64,000 bases of DNA from an uncultured Acidobacteriota bacterium. Its GTDB lineage: Bacteria > Acidobacteriota > Blastocatellia > RBC074. Below the pieces are notes generated by a model. That model was given only the letters and a program-made list of their open reading frames with translations, searched no databases and was not told where the DNA came from. The stretch covers positions 1,504,001 through 1,568,000 of the forward strand of contig CAWCKY010000003.1 in NCBI GenBank assembly GCA_963796275.1, given 5' to 3'. Below, piece by piece: positions 1 through 10,838 of the stretch; within the stretch, counting starts at the first letter, position 1, and each line of letters begins with the position of its first letter. The translations under genes and the position numbers were made by a program.

Positions 1-912
1 GATCGGCTGGCGCGCCGCATCATCGGACAGGATCACGCGCTCGAGGCCATCAGCCTGCGTATCCGCACGTCGCGCGCCAACCTGACCGATCCGCGACGTC
101 CCGCAGGCGTTTTCCTGCTCATCGGCCCCAGCGGCGTCGGCAAGACCGAAACGGCATTGGCCCTTGCCGATGTGCTGTACGGGGGCGAACGCAATCTGGT
201 GGCGATAAATATGAGCGAGTATCAGGAAGCGCACACGGTCTCGTCGCTCAAAGGTTCCCCTCCCGGCTATGTCGGTTACGGCGAGGGGGGCGTGCTCACA
301 GAAGCCGTACGGCGGAAGCCCTATTCGGTAATCCTGCTCGATGAAGTGGAAAAGGCGCACCCTGACGTATTGGAGCTCTTCTATCAGGTATTCGACAAGG
401 GCGTTCTGGAAGATAGCGAAGGGCGCGAGATCGATTTCAAAAACACGGTCATCCTGCTCACGTCGAATGTCGGACTGGAGATCACTCACCTGCTCTGCGC
501 CGATTCCGAAACAATGCCGGAGCCCGATGATCTGTTGGATTCGCTCCGCCCTGCGCTGCTCAAGGTATTCAAACCGGCGTTGTTAGGGCGCATGACCGTT
601 GTACCGTATTACCCGATCGGCGATCAGGCGATGTGCGAAATTATCAAATTGCAACTCGACCGCATTGGCGCCCGGTTGGCAGAGAACCACGGCGCCCAAT
701 TCGGTTATGACGAGGGAGTGGAGACGGAAATCTTCGACCGCTGCCGAGAAGTCGAGAGCGGCGCACGCAATGTCGATCACATTTTGACGAGAACGTTGTT
801 GCCGGAGATGTCAGGAGAGTTTCTAGCCAGTATGGCGGAAGGAAAGAAGATTTCTCGTGTGCATATCGGTGTGAACGATGAGGGCAGCTTCAATTACGAG
901 ATTTTTTCTTGA
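1..912 (+). CDS. tssH: T6SS ClpV/TssH AAA+ ATPase, 3' part (5' truncated by the window)
   Basis: Frame 1 is open from base 1. Walker A GPSGVGKT, NMSEYQEAHTVSSLKGSPPGYVGYGEGGVLTEAVRR, Walker B LLDEVEKAH and the ClpV-typical ESGARNVDHIL are present; vgrG lies nearby. Confidence 0.93.
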   Translation, partial: DRLARRIIGQDHALEAISLRIRTSRANLTDPRRPAGVFLLIGPSGVGKTETALALADVLYGGERNLVAINMSEYQEAHTVSSLKGSPPGYVGYGEGGVLTEAVRRKPYSVILLDEVEKAHPDVLELFYQVFDKGVLEDSEGREIDFKNTVILLTSNVGLEITHLLCADSETMPEPDDLLDSLRPALLKVFKPALLGRMTVVPYYPIGDQAMCEIIKLQLDRIGARLAENHGAQFGYDEGVETEIFDRCREVESGARNVDHILTRTLLPEMSGEFLASMAEGKKISRVHIGVNDEGSFNYEIFS

Positions 913-1098
913 GGTAACTCGCAAGATTTCACCAGGCGATGCAGAGAGAACGCAGATGACGAAGTTGACGCGGATAACCGAACCCTCCGTTAAATCTCGG
1001 CGGTTCCTCCGTGGTGATCTGGTTATGTTATCCGTGATTTTAGAAACCACTATAACGAACACTCATCTGGGCACCGCCCCAAAGGCTTCAATTTAGCT

Positions 1099-3240
1099 AT
1101 GAGGATGATGGCGAAAAAAGAGAGGGGAAGTAATGTGATGAAAGGCAGATTCACCCGAGGGATATCCGCAATTGCCGCAGCATTGTTGATCGCCGTCGTA
1201 TTGTCATCGCTGCATGCGCAAGCCCAGCCCGCCGGCAGCGGGGGCTCCGCGCCGTCCGATGATAAATATCAGCGTCCCGCTATCACGCCTGCCCGCCCTA
1301 ATTCCACTGCTCGCCAGCTCGAAATCAAAGAATTACGCATCGGCGGCGCACTCGACGGGCGCGGCAAACTCTGGGCCGTCGTGATCGGCGTCTCGACTTA
1401 CAAGAACCTCGGCCCCAATGATCAACTCGAATTCGCCCATCGCGATGCATCAGACTTCGCGGATTTTCTCCGCAGCCCGAACGGCGGCTTCCCCTCCAAC
1501 CAGCTCATTCTCCTGACCAATCAGACGGCGACTATTTCGGCGATGCGCAGCGCGCTCGGGACAACTCTGCCCCGTTCGGTCGAGCCCGATGATATGGTCA
1601 TCATCTTCTTCGCTGGTCATGGCGTGGTCGAAGGTGAGGGCGACGGATACCTGTTGGCCCACGATTCCGACCCGCAGAACCTCTACGCCACGGCATTGCA
1701 ACTCTCCGAACTCAATCGCATCGTCACGGAGCGGGTGAAAGCACGCTCTGTCATCCTGATCACCGACGCGTGTCATTCCGGGCGCCTGGGATGGGCCCCG
1801 CGCGGCGCAGGCGAATCGGCTATGCTCGTCAATCGCTACCTGGACGAAATTGACAGAAGCGGCAAGGGAATATTCCGTCTGCTCGCCTCCCGCGCCGATC
1901 AATTGAGTTATGAGGACAAACGCCTCGGAGGCGGCCATGGAGTCTTCACCTGGTTCCTGCTAGAAGCGCTGAGAGGCAAGGGAGACGCCGACGCGGACGG
2001 GATCGTCCGTGTGGGCGAAGTGATCGATTATCTATCGGAGACTGTGCCGAAAGCTACGCAATCGCTCCAGCACCCGCGAGCTGCGGGCGACATCGATACG
2101 CGGCTGCCGCTCTCGGTGCTTCCCGCCCGCGCACCGAAGATCAGCGAAAACGTCTCCTCGCCTGAGCAGACGGTCACGCTCGTAGTGCGAGGCGCGCCCG
2201 GTATTGAAATTTATCTCGACCAAATTTTTCGCGGCCACATTCTGCCCAGCGGCGTCTTGTTAATCGAACAACTCAAACCGGGTGACTACGATCTCTCGAT
2301 TCTCGCGCAGAATGTCGATCCAATTTCTCAGCGACTTTCGCTGGGCGCCGGGAAAACAACTCTGAATGTGAAGGTGGGGAGTCACATATCTCCAATCGCT
2401 ACACAGATCAAACTAGCTCTCAAGGGCGGCAATGTTCACAGCGCATACGATCTCTATCAAAAAATGATCAAGCAATCGCCGGGAGACCCGCAACGCGCTT
2501 CGATCGAAACGGCGCTAAGCAGCGCTCTTGAATCGATCGGGCAGAAGGCGATAAATGCCTACGTGCAGTCATTTGGCGCGGAACTCCAACGCGGAATGTT
2601 TCATCGGGCTGCCGAGGCGTACCGTTTTCTGAAGAGCATTCAACCGGATGTAGCCTGGGATATCGAGGCGAAGCACCGATTCTGCGAGGGCCGGGCAATG
2701 ATCGAGGACTTACGGTTTGAGGCAGCAGTCACACAGCTCAACCGAGCCGTGACCCTCGATCCGCGGGCAGCCTATGCTCACCACGCACTAGGACTGGCGT
2801 ATCGGGGATTAAATGAAAACGATCGGGCACTCGCGTCGTTAAGGCGCGCAGTCGAACTTTCCCCCGCCTGGGCTTTACCACAGCTACAAATCGGCGCGAT
2901 CTATCTTGAGCGGGGAAAGACCGGCAAAGCCGAAGAAGCATTGAGCGAAGCGGCGCATCGTGACCCGGTCAATTATGTGCCTCACGAACAACTGGCGCAT
3001 CTTTATCTTAAGGCGGGGAAGTACAAGGAGGCAGGACAAGAAGCCGACGTGGCGATCAAACTGGGGTCGAATTCAGGCGTCTCTCACATGGTGCTGGGGA
3101 TGGTTTACGAGAAGAAGGAGGCCTGGACGCTTGCGGCTGACGCTTATGAGCATGGCTTGAAGCTCATCTCCGGGCTCACCGAGGATGATCGCAAGGAATA
3201 TATAGAAAGGCTGAAGAAGTGCCGGAAAAAAGCGAAATGA
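1099..3240 (+). CDS. Secreted caspase-family (peptidase C14) protein with PEGA-like and TPR domains
   Basis: Signal-peptide-like N-terminus (alternative start 1138). WAVVIGVS, FFAGHG (catalytic His) and LITDACHSG (catalytic Cys), then a PEGA-like segment and C-terminal TPRs. Confidence 0.88.
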   Translation: MRMMAKKERGSNVMKGRFTRGISAIAAALLIAVVLSSLHAQAQPAGSGGSAPSDDKYQRPAITPARPNSTARQLEIKELRIGGALDGRGKLWAVVIGVSTYKNLGPNDQLEFAHRDASDFADFLRSPNGGFPSNQLILLTNQTATISAMRSALGTTLPRSVEPDDMVIIFFAGHGVVEGEGDGYLLAHDSDPQNLYATALQLSELNRIVTERVKARSVILITDACHSGRLGWAPRGAGESAMLVNRYLDEIDRSGKGIFRLLASRADQLSYEDKRLGGGHGVFTWFLLEALRGKGDADADGIVRVGEVIDYLSETVPKATQSLQHPRAAGDIDTRLPLSVLPARAPKISENVSSPEQTVTLVVRGAPGIEIYLDQIFRGHILPSGVLLIEQLKPGDYDLSILAQNVDPISQRLSLGAGKTTLNVKVGSHISPIATQIKLALKGGNVHSAYDLYQKMIKQSPGDPQRASIETALSSALESIGQKAINAYVQSFGAELQRGMFHRAAEAYRFLKSIQPDVAWDIEAKHRFCEGRAMIEDLRFEAAVTQLNRAVTLDPRAAYAHHALGLAYRGLNENDRALASLRRAVELSPAWALPQLQIGAIYLERGKTGKAEEALSEAAHRDPVNYVPHEQLAHLYLKAGKYKEAGQEADVAIKLGSNSGVSHMVLGMVYEKKEAWTLAADAYEHGLKLISGLTEDDRKEYIERLKKCRKKAK

Positions 3241-3384
3241 TGCGCCTGGGCAACACGGCGGGTATTACACCTGGCAATCGGACGTATCGTCAAATATGAA
3301 TCCATTACGGGCTTTTTCGAGATTATAGCTGAAAGGCCTGATGATTGATTCGAGAGGCGAACCATAAGAGATAAATAGGAACCA

Positions 3385-5481
3385 ATGGGCGAATACAGAC
3401 AAGACAATCGGTTTATCCAGGTCTTCACACCGCTCGGTGAAGACGTGCTATTACTCGAGGGCTTTCATGGGCAGGAAGGGGTCTCCCGGCTCTTCAATTT
3501 CGAATTGCGGATGCATTCGGAGAAGATGGGCCTCTCGTTTAATGATGTCGTGGGCAAAACTACGACGATCAAAATGCTGTTACCGAAACATGGCGAACGA
3601 TACATAAACGGAATTGTGAGTTCGTTCATGCAAGGCGGAACCTGGTCGTTAAAGGACGGCCGGCATCCCACGATCTTGGCGAGCTACAACGCTACGCTGG
3701 TGCCGTGGTTATGGGTGCTGACGCGTACGGGCGATTGCCGGATATTTCAGAACAAGTCGGTCCCCGAAATCCTTAGTCAAATCTTCAAAGAGCACGGTTT
3801 TTCAGATTTTATATTCCGGCTGAAACTTAGCGATTACGAGAAACGCGAGTACTGCGTGCAGTACCGCGAGACAGATTTCAACTTCGTTTCGCGCTTAATG
3901 GAGGAAGAAGGGATTTTCTATTTCTTCGAGCACTTTGAGAAGAAACACGTGCTGGTGTTGGCCGACAAAAATATTGAATTCAAGCAGTCCCCTCTGCTTC
4001 CCTCGATCAGCTATAACTCGATCATTGGCCATGGAGAAGAGGGCAAGATCAAGGAGTGGAGCGCAAGCCAGGAAGTTCGTCCGGGGCAATATACCGTAAC
4101 CGATTTCAACTTCAAGCAGCCTTCGTTCGATTTGACGCATAGTGTTAAAGGCAAGGACGTACGAAAGCTAGAGGTCTTCGATTACCCCGGCGAATACACC
4201 GAGACAAAACGAGGCGAGCGATTGGCGGCCATCCGCATGGAGGAAGAGCAATCGTCGATGGTAGCCATCAACGGCGCCAGTAATAGTCGCGGATTGTCGG
4301 CTGGATATCAGTTCGAACTATGCGATCATTATCGGCCCGATTTCAATCAGCTCTATGTGGTGATATCGGCCTATCATTCGGCGGAGCACGGGATGAACTA
4401 CCGCAGCACCTGCGAAGCGGCGGCAGCAGATTTCGTTTACTCGAATGAGTTTCGATGCATCCAGTATGGGACGCAATACCGGCCGCCGCGCGTAACGCCT
4501 ATACCGATCGTTCACGGAACGCAGACAGCTATAGTGGTCGGTCCCCCTAACGAAGAGATCTATGTGGATAATTATGGCCGTGTGAAGGTGCAGTTTCACT
4601 GGGACCGGGAAGGCCAATACAACAAGGACAGTTCCTGCTGGGTGCGCGTCTCGCAGAATTGGGCTGGAAAACGGTGGGGGGCGATCTTTCTCCCGCGGAT
4701 CGGCCAGGAAGTGATCGTCGATTTCCTCGAGGGCGATCCCGACAAGCCGATCATTACGGGCCGGGTTTATAACGGCGAATCGATGCCTCCGTACGATCTG
4801 ACCGAGAACGAATATAAGACGATGAGCGCGATAAAGAGTCATTCGTCAAAAGGAGGTGGCGGATTCAACGAAATCCGCTTTCAAGACCTGAAGGGGAGAG
4901 AACAGCTCTTCTTTCACGCTGAGCGGAATCAGGACGTGCGCACCAGGCATGACAAGATAGAATGGATAGGCAACGAGAGCCATCTGATCGTTAAGAAAGA
5001 TCAGCTCGAAAAGGTAGAGGGCGACAAGCACCTCCACGTCGGGGGCGACCGCAATGAAAGAGTTGGTGGTACCGTTTCGCTACAAGCGGGCGGTGAAATC
5101 TTTCGCAAAACGGGAACGAGATACGCATTGGATGCGGGGAACGAGATTCACCTCAAATCAGGAACGAACCTGATTATTGAATCGGGCACAAGACTCACGC
5201 TCAAAGTCGGAAACAACTTCATCAATTTCAATTCAGACGGCATCGACATTCACGGGACGAAGGTCAATATCAATAGCGGCGGTAATGCGGACATCGGGGC
5301 CGGATCATCGCCCGAAGTACCGAAGACCCCGAGGGAAGCAGATCGCGCCGATCCGGGCGCCAAACCTCAGAAGCCTCCAGCGAAGAAACCCATTAAACCG
5401 GAGCAGTACAGTCCCGGCGCATTGGTCTTGAAAGAGGCGGCGGAGAACGGCACGCCTTTTTGTGAAAAATGCACGCAGTAG
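3385..5481 (+). CDS. vgrG: Type VI secretion spike protein VgrG/TssI
   Basis: YCVQYRETDFNFVSRLMEEEGI, GRVKVQFHWDR, SCWVRVSQNWAG, PRIGQEVIVDFLEGDPDKPIITGRVYN. Confidence 0.97.
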   Translation: MGEYRQDNRFIQVFTPLGEDVLLLEGFHGQEGVSRLFNFELRMHSEKMGLSFNDVVGKTTTIKMLLPKHGERYINGIVSSFMQGGTWSLKDGRHPTILASYNATLVPWLWVLTRTGDCRIFQNKSVPEILSQIFKEHGFSDFIFRLKLSDYEKREYCVQYRETDFNFVSRLMEEEGIFYFFEHFEKKHVLVLADKNIEFKQSPLLPSISYNSIIGHGEEGKIKEWSASQEVRPGQYTVTDFNFKQPSFDLTHSVKGKDVRKLEVFDYPGEYTETKRGERLAAIRMEEEQSSMVAINGASNSRGLSAGYQFELCDHYRPDFNQLYVVISAYHSAEHGMNYRSTCEAAAADFVYSNEFRCIQYGTQYRPPRVTPIPIVHGTQTAIVVGPPNEEIYVDNYGRVKVQFHWDREGQYNKDSSCWVRVSQNWAGKRWGAIFLPRIGQEVIVDFLEGDPDKPIITGRVYNGESMPPYDLTENEYKTMSAIKSHSSKGGGGFNEIRFQDLKGREQLFFHAERNQDVRTRHDKIEWIGNESHLIVKKDQLEKVEGDKHLHVGGDRNERVGGTVSLQAGGEIFRKTGTRYALDAGNEIHLKSGTNLIIESGTRLTLKVGNNFINFNSDGIDIHGTKVNINSGGNADIGAGSSPEVPKTPREADRADPGAKPQKPPAKKPIKPEQYSPGALVLKEAAENGTPFCEKCTQ

Positions 5482-5517
5482 AACCCAGGCTCTGACGTTG
5501 GAAATAAATTTGCTTCT

Positions 5518-6057
5518 ATGATTAACACGAAAATCCACGATGCCATAAAGGCTGCTATCTTCGAAGAACACGCGAATTTTGTGTACGCCGTATTGGATGG
5601 CGCCTCGATACCCGATTTGCTCCACCATCTATACGAGCAGCAGCCCGAGCACGTCTGCCTTTATCGCGGAGAAATGGAGCCCGACATCGCGGAGACCGCG
5701 CCATATCTGGTCAATCTCGAACGTGAAACGGCTTTCAGCGACTGGATAATCGAAAAGGGCTGGGGGAATCATTGGGGCATCTATGCACTGAGTGATGAGA
5801 CCATGACCGTGCTGCGCAACCATTTTCGCAGATTCCTTATCGTCAACGATCCGGAGAATAAGCCGCTCTATTTTCGCTACTACGATCCGCGTGTCTTGCG
5901 CAAGTACCTGCCTACTTGTGGTGCAAAAGATCTGGCCACCATCTTCGGTCCGGTCACGAGTTATTATCTGGAAAGCGAATACCCGAAAAGTGCCTCGCGC
6001 TTCCGGATGGAAGCCGGCTCTCTGTTTCGGGACGAGATGGCGATTGCAGAAACTTAG
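5518..6057 (+). CDS. DUF4123 T6SS effector chaperone/adaptor
   Basis: YAVLDGA, APYLV, WG and the LYFRYYDPRVLRKYL signature; directly after vgrG. Confidence 0.9.
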   Translation: MINTKIHDAIKAAIFEEHANFVYAVLDGASIPDLLHHLYEQQPEHVCLYRGEMEPDIAETAPYLVNLERETAFSDWIIEKGWGNHWGIYALSDETMTVLRNHFRRFLIVNDPENKPLYFRYYDPRVLRKYLPTCGAKDLATIFGPVTSYYLESEYPKSASRFRMEAGSLFRDEMAIAET

Positions 6058-6101
6058 ATAAGATATGATTAACAGCTAAAGATCTGACGACGTCCCTTCT
6101 C

Positions 6102-7724
6102 TCAGTTTTTCGCCTGATGCGCATACACCACCAACTCGACGCCTGGCCTCAGCGTAAATGCTCGATCGATGAGACGCCACCCGGGTTGCCCGTCAAGTAA
6201 ATGCTGCTGGTTGACTGATGCGATGACGAGAGGTTCGGAGGTTTCGAATGCCTGGCCGGGTGATAAGTTTAAACTGCCTCTATAGTCGAGCGTATAATCG
6301 CGCAGGTACCAGGGAAGCGGCCAGTAATCTTGTGAGGGGATGGCGACATAGATTCTGGTCGCACCGCCCGACTTCAGCCTCTCGCTTTCAATCTTGATCG
6401 CGTCCACGAGGTTCAGTGTGTCACGTACGGTCTGCGCATAAACATAACCATATTGTCCGACGACGTAAGGTTTGAGTTTCATCGCCTTACCCAATCCGCT
6501 GAAATAGCCGGCGGGGTTGCTGTTATTGTCATAGTTTACGAAGTTGACCGTCCACGCGACCCTCCAGCAGACGATCAGGCTTATGATGACAAATGCGGCG
6601 CATACTATCCTCGACGATAACGAAGTGAGTTGCAGGTAAATCTCTTGTGCCGCATACCCGCTGAAGATCGCCATAGGAATCAGAAAACTAACCATAAGCC
6701 AGGGCGTTTTGTATGGGATGACCGAATACGCCAGGAACCCTCCCAGCGTCCAGGCCGCTACAAAGAGCCAGAATCTCGTCCCTCGCGTGACGACGAAGAC
6801 CCCTCCCAGGAGGGAACCGATTAAGAGGGGAATCTCGAACTTAACCATAATGCCGATGTAGTAGTAGAAAGGATAAACGTGATCTTTGTTGCTGCGTTCG
6901 CTCGTCCAGTGCCAGATGGAACGGAAGAAATCGATCACTCCCTCCCAGTGAGTAAAGATCGAGGAGTAGAAAAAAATGTATATGAAAGCGAATATAACCA
7001 GCACTGCCAGAGACTGGTCCGCCGTAGGACGCGCCGCGGCAATGTCGCCTTTCAGTTCTTTTACGAGCGCGGCGATGTTGAATCGATCCTCACTAATCAG
7101 CTTGCGTGCAATCACCCATATCGAAGCGCATATTATCGAGAGGATAAGCACGGTGGAATTGATGATTGCCGTTTCTTTGGTCGTGAAAAGTAGCGCGGCG
7201 GAGACTGACATGAGCACGAGCCAGATGAATTTCCTGGTCTCGATATACCGCAGTGCTCCGATAACTATACCGAGCGTGAAGCAACCGAACGACATCTCGT
7301 GAATGAAGTCGCGGGAATAATAGATAAGACCGGGAGAGAGCGCCATGCAGAAGGCCGCCACAGCTGTACCGACTTTACCCAGGTGATGACGCAGCAACCA
7401 GAGCATTGTCACGGTCAACACGCCGAAGATTGCGGGCCAGAATCTAAGCGCGAATGCCTCTTCGCCAAAGATACGCAACGTGATAAGCGCCAGGTAATAT
7501 AAGGTCGGCCCATGATAGTTGGTCGGGTCATACCTGTAATCGCCGTTTGTCGCGAGATTGTCCAAAAACCAGTAGTTGACGCCCTCGTCGTGATGAAAAG
7601 GCTTGATATCTATCAGGTGGAAGCGGAACCAGATGGCGACGATGATCGCTACGGCTATCATTCCTGCAGTGAGAAGTTTTTCTCTTCTCGTCTCAAACGG
7701 TTGCGTTACTTTATCTTCGATCAT
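6102..7724 (-). CDS. GT-C membrane glycosyltransferase (TIGR03663/Agl23-like, PMT family)
   Basis: PFHHDEGVN, YDPTNYHGPTLYY, YYSRDFIHE, TTKET, YKTPW, YWPLPWYLR; many TM helices. Confidence 0.85.
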   Translation of the reverse strand: MIEDKVTQPFETRREKLLTAGMIAVAIIVAIWFRFHLIDIKPFHHDEGVNYWFLDNLATNGDYRYDPTNYHGPTLYYLALITLRIFGEEAFALRFWPAIFGVLTVTMLWLLRHHLGKVGTAVAAFCMALSPGLIYYSRDFIHEMSFGCFTLGIVIGALRYIETRKFIWLVLMSVSAALLFTTKETAIINSTVLILSIICASIWVIARKLISEDRFNIAALVKELKGDIAAARPTADQSLAVLVIFAFIYIFFYSSIFTHWEGVIDFFRSIWHWTSERSNKDHVYPFYYYIGIMVKFEIPLLIGSLLGGVFVVTRGTRFWLFVAAWTLGGFLAYSVIPYKTPWLMVSFLIPMAIFSGYAAQEIYLQLTSLSSRIVCAAFVIISLIVCWRVAWTVNFVNYDNNSNPAGYFSGLGKAMKLKPYVVGQYGYVYAQTVRDTLNLVDAIKIESERLKSGGATRIYVAIPSQDYWPLPWYLRDYTLDYRGSLNLSPGQAFETSEPLVIASVNQQHLLDGQPGWRLIDRAFTLRPGVELVVYAHQAKN

Positions 7725-8029
7725 AACAGTCTGTAAATATTTGGTAATTGATAATCATAGTTAGTTAGTAGGGGATTGTGCAAATCAGTGCCCGATGCGC
7801 ACGAAAATTTCGGCAGCTATTAAGGAGCGCCATCCCCGCATTCAGAAGACAATTTGCACAGGACTCGGTTTATAGCTCATAGGAAATAGCTAATTGTAAA
7901 TCAAGCCAGACAGCATCGGGACACATTGCCGGTGCAGTATGTGGATTGTAAAGAATCAAGGCAGGTCGCTTACGCTTCCCCGTATTTTCACCCTGGATAA
8001 TATTAACTATCCACTATCAATTATCACAA

Positions 8030-8066
8030 TAAAAAGAGGCAGATGGTCAAAGGGACCATCTGCCTC
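8030..8066 (-). terminator. Rho-independent terminator after the OmpA-like gene
   Basis: Perfect 13-bp stem GAGGCAGATGGTC/GACCATCTGCCTC followed by a U-run on the minus strand, 30 bp after the stop at 8096. Confidence 0.85.
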
Positions 8067-8095
8067 GGGGGTTATTCGCCGGTTGGCGCCTGTCT

Positions 8096-10385
8096 TTATT
8101 GGCGCCTGCGCGGTGCCCTACTTTCAGGAGTAACCTCTCCTGCATCGATAGGAGTTCCACTCTCAGGATCATCCGCTCCTGATGGAACGAGCCATATTCT
8201 CAACTGGTTGGGATCGGCCGATACACCGCCATCACGCAGGCTGATGCGGTTGACGTCAATTTGCGCGCCGAGGCCGCCGTCGGCCAGCCGGTCGCGGGCA
8301 TTCTTGGCGCGCGTAGCACTGATGGTTTCCGGTTTCTCGTCATCAGCGCGGTAGCCGATGATGACCAGTTTTGCCTGGGGATCAGCCTGAAGGGCCTGAA
8401 TCACTTGCCTCAGCGCATCCTTACACGCATTATCCACGCGGGAATTATTGCGCCTGAAGCTCGTGCACTGGCTGATCTCACTCGCCATCGGTTTCGGTGG
8501 CGGCGCCGCCTGCTTGACCATCACACGACTGGTGCCGCTGGCTGAGCAAGCGCCCAGGTCGGATGTCGCCCTCACCGTCACCTCGATCTGCGTGCCGCCA
8601 GTGACTCCGGTCGTATCGTGGTTAGCGCTCAATCCGCTACCACTGATCGTCCCGGCCGTAGCAAGCCAAGAGTAAGAGACGTTACCGTAATTACGGCCGC
8701 CGGTGATGCCATCGGTCGTAAAGGTGATCCTCTCTCCTGCGTCTACCTCCGCCTTGTCCGCCGTGATATTGATGTCCGGATTGAAGCAGACCGTCAGCGG
8801 CGGGCAGTTGGTGACTCGGATAACCTTCGAGTCGAAAGCGACGCAACCGCAACCATCATCGACATTGACCGTGACTGTATATTCGCCAGGGGCGAGACCA
8901 GCCGTGTCGAATGTCGAGCTGGTACCTTCACCGGTCAGCTGGCCTCCGGTGCTCGTCCACTGATAAAGCAGCGTGTCGCCGTCCGGGATCTGATCCCGTG
9001 GAGCTCAGCGCCACCTTATCACCGACGCAGACCGTTGTGGCGTCTCGCACAACGTCAGCCTGGCCCGGTGAAACTGCGCCCACATTAAGCACAACCGTCG
9101 GCGGTTGATTCGGAAGTACGGGTTCCACACGCTTATTCGCGCGGCCCACAGAAACGCCGAAGATGAATCCATTCGCGGTGCCCGCATCGATATCTGAGAA
9201 CCAGTTCATGTGACGCTGGAAAGCGCCGCTGACACCGAACCAGCGCGTGGGGTAAATTCTTGCCCCGGCGACCAGGTCGACCGGGCTGTTGTTCAACAAC
9301 GACGGAGTGCGCGACCCGACGAAAGTTGTGGAACTGACCTCAACTATGAACTGAAGGTACTGGCTCATCGGGAAGTCGACCCCGATGCCGGCGCGCAGCT
9401 CATCCGGCAGGTCGAGCGCGCGTCCGCTGCGACCGAAACCCTGGATCACGCCGCAGCCGGGGCAAAGCGGCCCGAGGTTCATATTGTCGGCGCTCGGATC
9501 ACCCTTCTTGATGTATCCGATGTTCGTCGCCAGATTGATATGCCGGGATAGGCGGCCATCGAAGGCAGCGACGAGGCCGTAATCGAAAGCGCCGGTACTG
9601 CGTCCGCGCTGGAGTCCGGTATTCAGATCGGATGTGGTGGGGATCTTGAAGAGAGGTATGAGAGCGAATCCGAACGGACTTTTGGCACCCTGGAGGACAC
9701 GAATCTTTCCGCCGATCCAGATATCACCCGAATGGGAATCTGATCCCCTTGCGAGGAACGGAGCATTAGGATAGTAGCTCGGCGCATTATTGGGTTGAAT
9801 CGCCGGCAGGATGCCGCCGACTGGTGCGCCCAGTCTGAGATAAAGCGCCGTGTCATTGCCGGTCGGGCGCGCTGAAAATGGCCCGACAGCAGGCGAGCCC
9901 GGGGTCGTACAAGGACCCGCGAATCCGCCGTTATTACACGGATCGCTAAGTATTGTGGTAGTGGCAAGAGATCCATCCGGAAGTGGAACCACAACGACCC
10001 GGCCTACAGTCAGGCCAGATGTCCTCACATCTGGGAGATAGAAACCACTCAAAAGTGCGGGAGAACCGGTTGTGACGACACTTTGGGCTTCGTATCGAGC
10101 AAAGATTTCAATTCGGTCACTGAAACCGACCTGGAAATTGGCCGGGTAGGACTGAAAGGCTACATCGCCTGGATCACGATGATAAAAGTTAGCAAAGGCA
10201 CCTAAATTGAACTCCCCTCTCCTTAATGTCTGCGCATCATAGACCGTAAACAGTCCGGTACCGCCAAAGACCGTTGGTGTTGGATTGCGAGGGTCCTCCG
10301 TTGATCGAGGCGTCTGAGCATGGGCAACTGCTCCGAGAAGCAAGAGCGTCAGCATCAAACCTGCCAATCTTCTCGCGAAACACAT
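8096..10385 (-). CDS. Outer-membrane protein: N-terminal barrel-like region, PKD/Ig-like domains and C-terminal OmpA-like domain; one +1 frameshift at about 8984-8987
   Basis: ORF 8928..10385 shifts at SDP into an open frame ([20 protein letters not shown]...) that joins ORF 8096..8632. OmpA-like LVIIGYR...[21 protein letters not shown] upstream. Confidence 0.8.
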
Positions 10386-10838
10386 ATTTCTCCTCCTGGA
10401 AGTGGGTTTTTGTTTTTCTTAAATCTTATAAGTGAATGAACAGGTTGTGTCACCCGCTGGTGATACCTGAATATTCCGCCATACATATGGCTTGGGCATA
10501 GCGCATTGAACGACGAGGCTGTTTTCACGGAACTCGGTTCTTATCGTTTGCAACAAGTTACAATTCAGAGGGCGGCCTCCTCTCAATCGCCAGGTGTTAT
10601 ACCCGCTTGTAATCGTAAATACTGCTTAAGGGAGGCTGACTGCAGTACGATGAAGACTGGGTAAAGGTACGGTCAAAATCTATACGATAGGGTTTGCCAT
10701 GTCAATCGCAAACTCACAGTCTTCACTTAGACTTAAGTATAGTTTTCAGTCTTCTGTTTTAAGTTTTTTGTCTTCAACTACAACTTCAGTTCAGTTTCAA
10801 GTCGAACGGCGGATTTAAAACGAGAAACGGAAAATTTT

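Noticed and set aside
928-1018. Degenerate palindrome after clpV (related arm at about 30119-30146)
   Set aside because: Too decayed to define; probably a common short intergenic repeat remnant.
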